This document shows, in pieces, positions 63,774 through 64,000 of a stretch of 64,000 bases of DNA. The notes under the pieces were generated by a model. The model did no database searches. It was not told the origin of the DNA and was given only the letters and a program-made list of their open reading frames with translations. The position numbers and the translations under genes were made by a program. Source of the DNA: Patescibacteria group bacterium (GTDB taxonomy: Bacteria; Patescibacteriota; Kazan-3B-28); contig JBAZNQ010000002.1 in the NCBI GenBank assembly GCA_041649135.1, forward strand, positions 41,238 through 105,237. The letters run 5' to 3'. Every line of letters begins with the position of its first letter. The stretch's first letter is position 1.

Positions 63774-64000
63774 ATGATTAAGTATATTAAGAAAGGACTA
63801 ACATCATTTTGGCGTCTTGTGCCAGGACACATGCAATGGTGGTGTCTTTGGTTAGGACATAGCAAGTATAATGTTGGAGTTTCCGGCATAGTGTCTGACT
63901 CAAACGGAAAGGTACTGCTAATCAACCATGTTTTTAGAAGTCGGTTTTCTTGGGGATTCCCATCGGGTTGGATGAAGTCTGGCGAAACATTTGAGGATAC
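63774..64000 (+). CDS. NUDIX hydrolase, 3'-partial (runs off the window end)
   Basis: ATG at 63774; MIKYIKKGL...VGVSGIVSDSNGKVLLINHV...SWGFPSGWMKSGETFEDT begins a Nudix fold (GX5EX7REUXEEXGU box just starting). AT-rich, like the core genome. Confidence 0.5.
   Translation, partial: MIKYIKKGLTSFWRLVPGHMQWWCLWLGHSKYNVGVSGIVSDSNGKVLLINHVFRSRFSWGFPSGWMKSGETFED

Overview
This window is from a compact bacterial genome with mostly co-directional (+ strand) housekeeping genes. Non-SD start contexts, a truncated AlaS and a split ComEC are compatible with a reduced-genome (possibly CPR/Patescibacteria-like) lineage, but that is inference only. The first ~41.7 kb is core genome: H+-pyrophosphatase, holA, rpsT, nrnA-like, rpsO-pnp, UDG, RNase J, ftsK, yajQ, recA, rsmI/rsmA, pcrA, yebC, ruvCA, mltG, comEC, mraY/wecA-like GT, rplY, iscS-like and a compact alaS. 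Positions ~41.7-44.4 kb form an AT-rich accessory block with an IS1595-family transposase and small hypotheticals. After ruvX, hup and a tRNA-Gly(UCC) at 45394..45467, a markedly GC-richer ~18 kb island begins directly at the tRNA 3' end. It contains a large serine recombinase plus an MBL-fold gene enclosed by perfect 79-bp inverted repeats. It also carries a Zn-ribbon membrane protein / GNAT / Gly-Ser-rich peptide operon with a divergent XRE regulator, a TraD/VirD4-like ATPase, a class-III nucleotidyl-cyclase-like protein flanked by a repeated 13-mer, DUF2958, a replication-relaxation protein, an RloC-like Zn-hook AAA ATPase and a Type III restriction-modification pair (Mod, Res). Composition drops again at ~63.73 kb, where a partial NUDIX gene starts. 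Several repeated non-coding motifs and structured intergenic regions are not explained by the annotations (listed in findings). No rRNA or CRISPR array was found.
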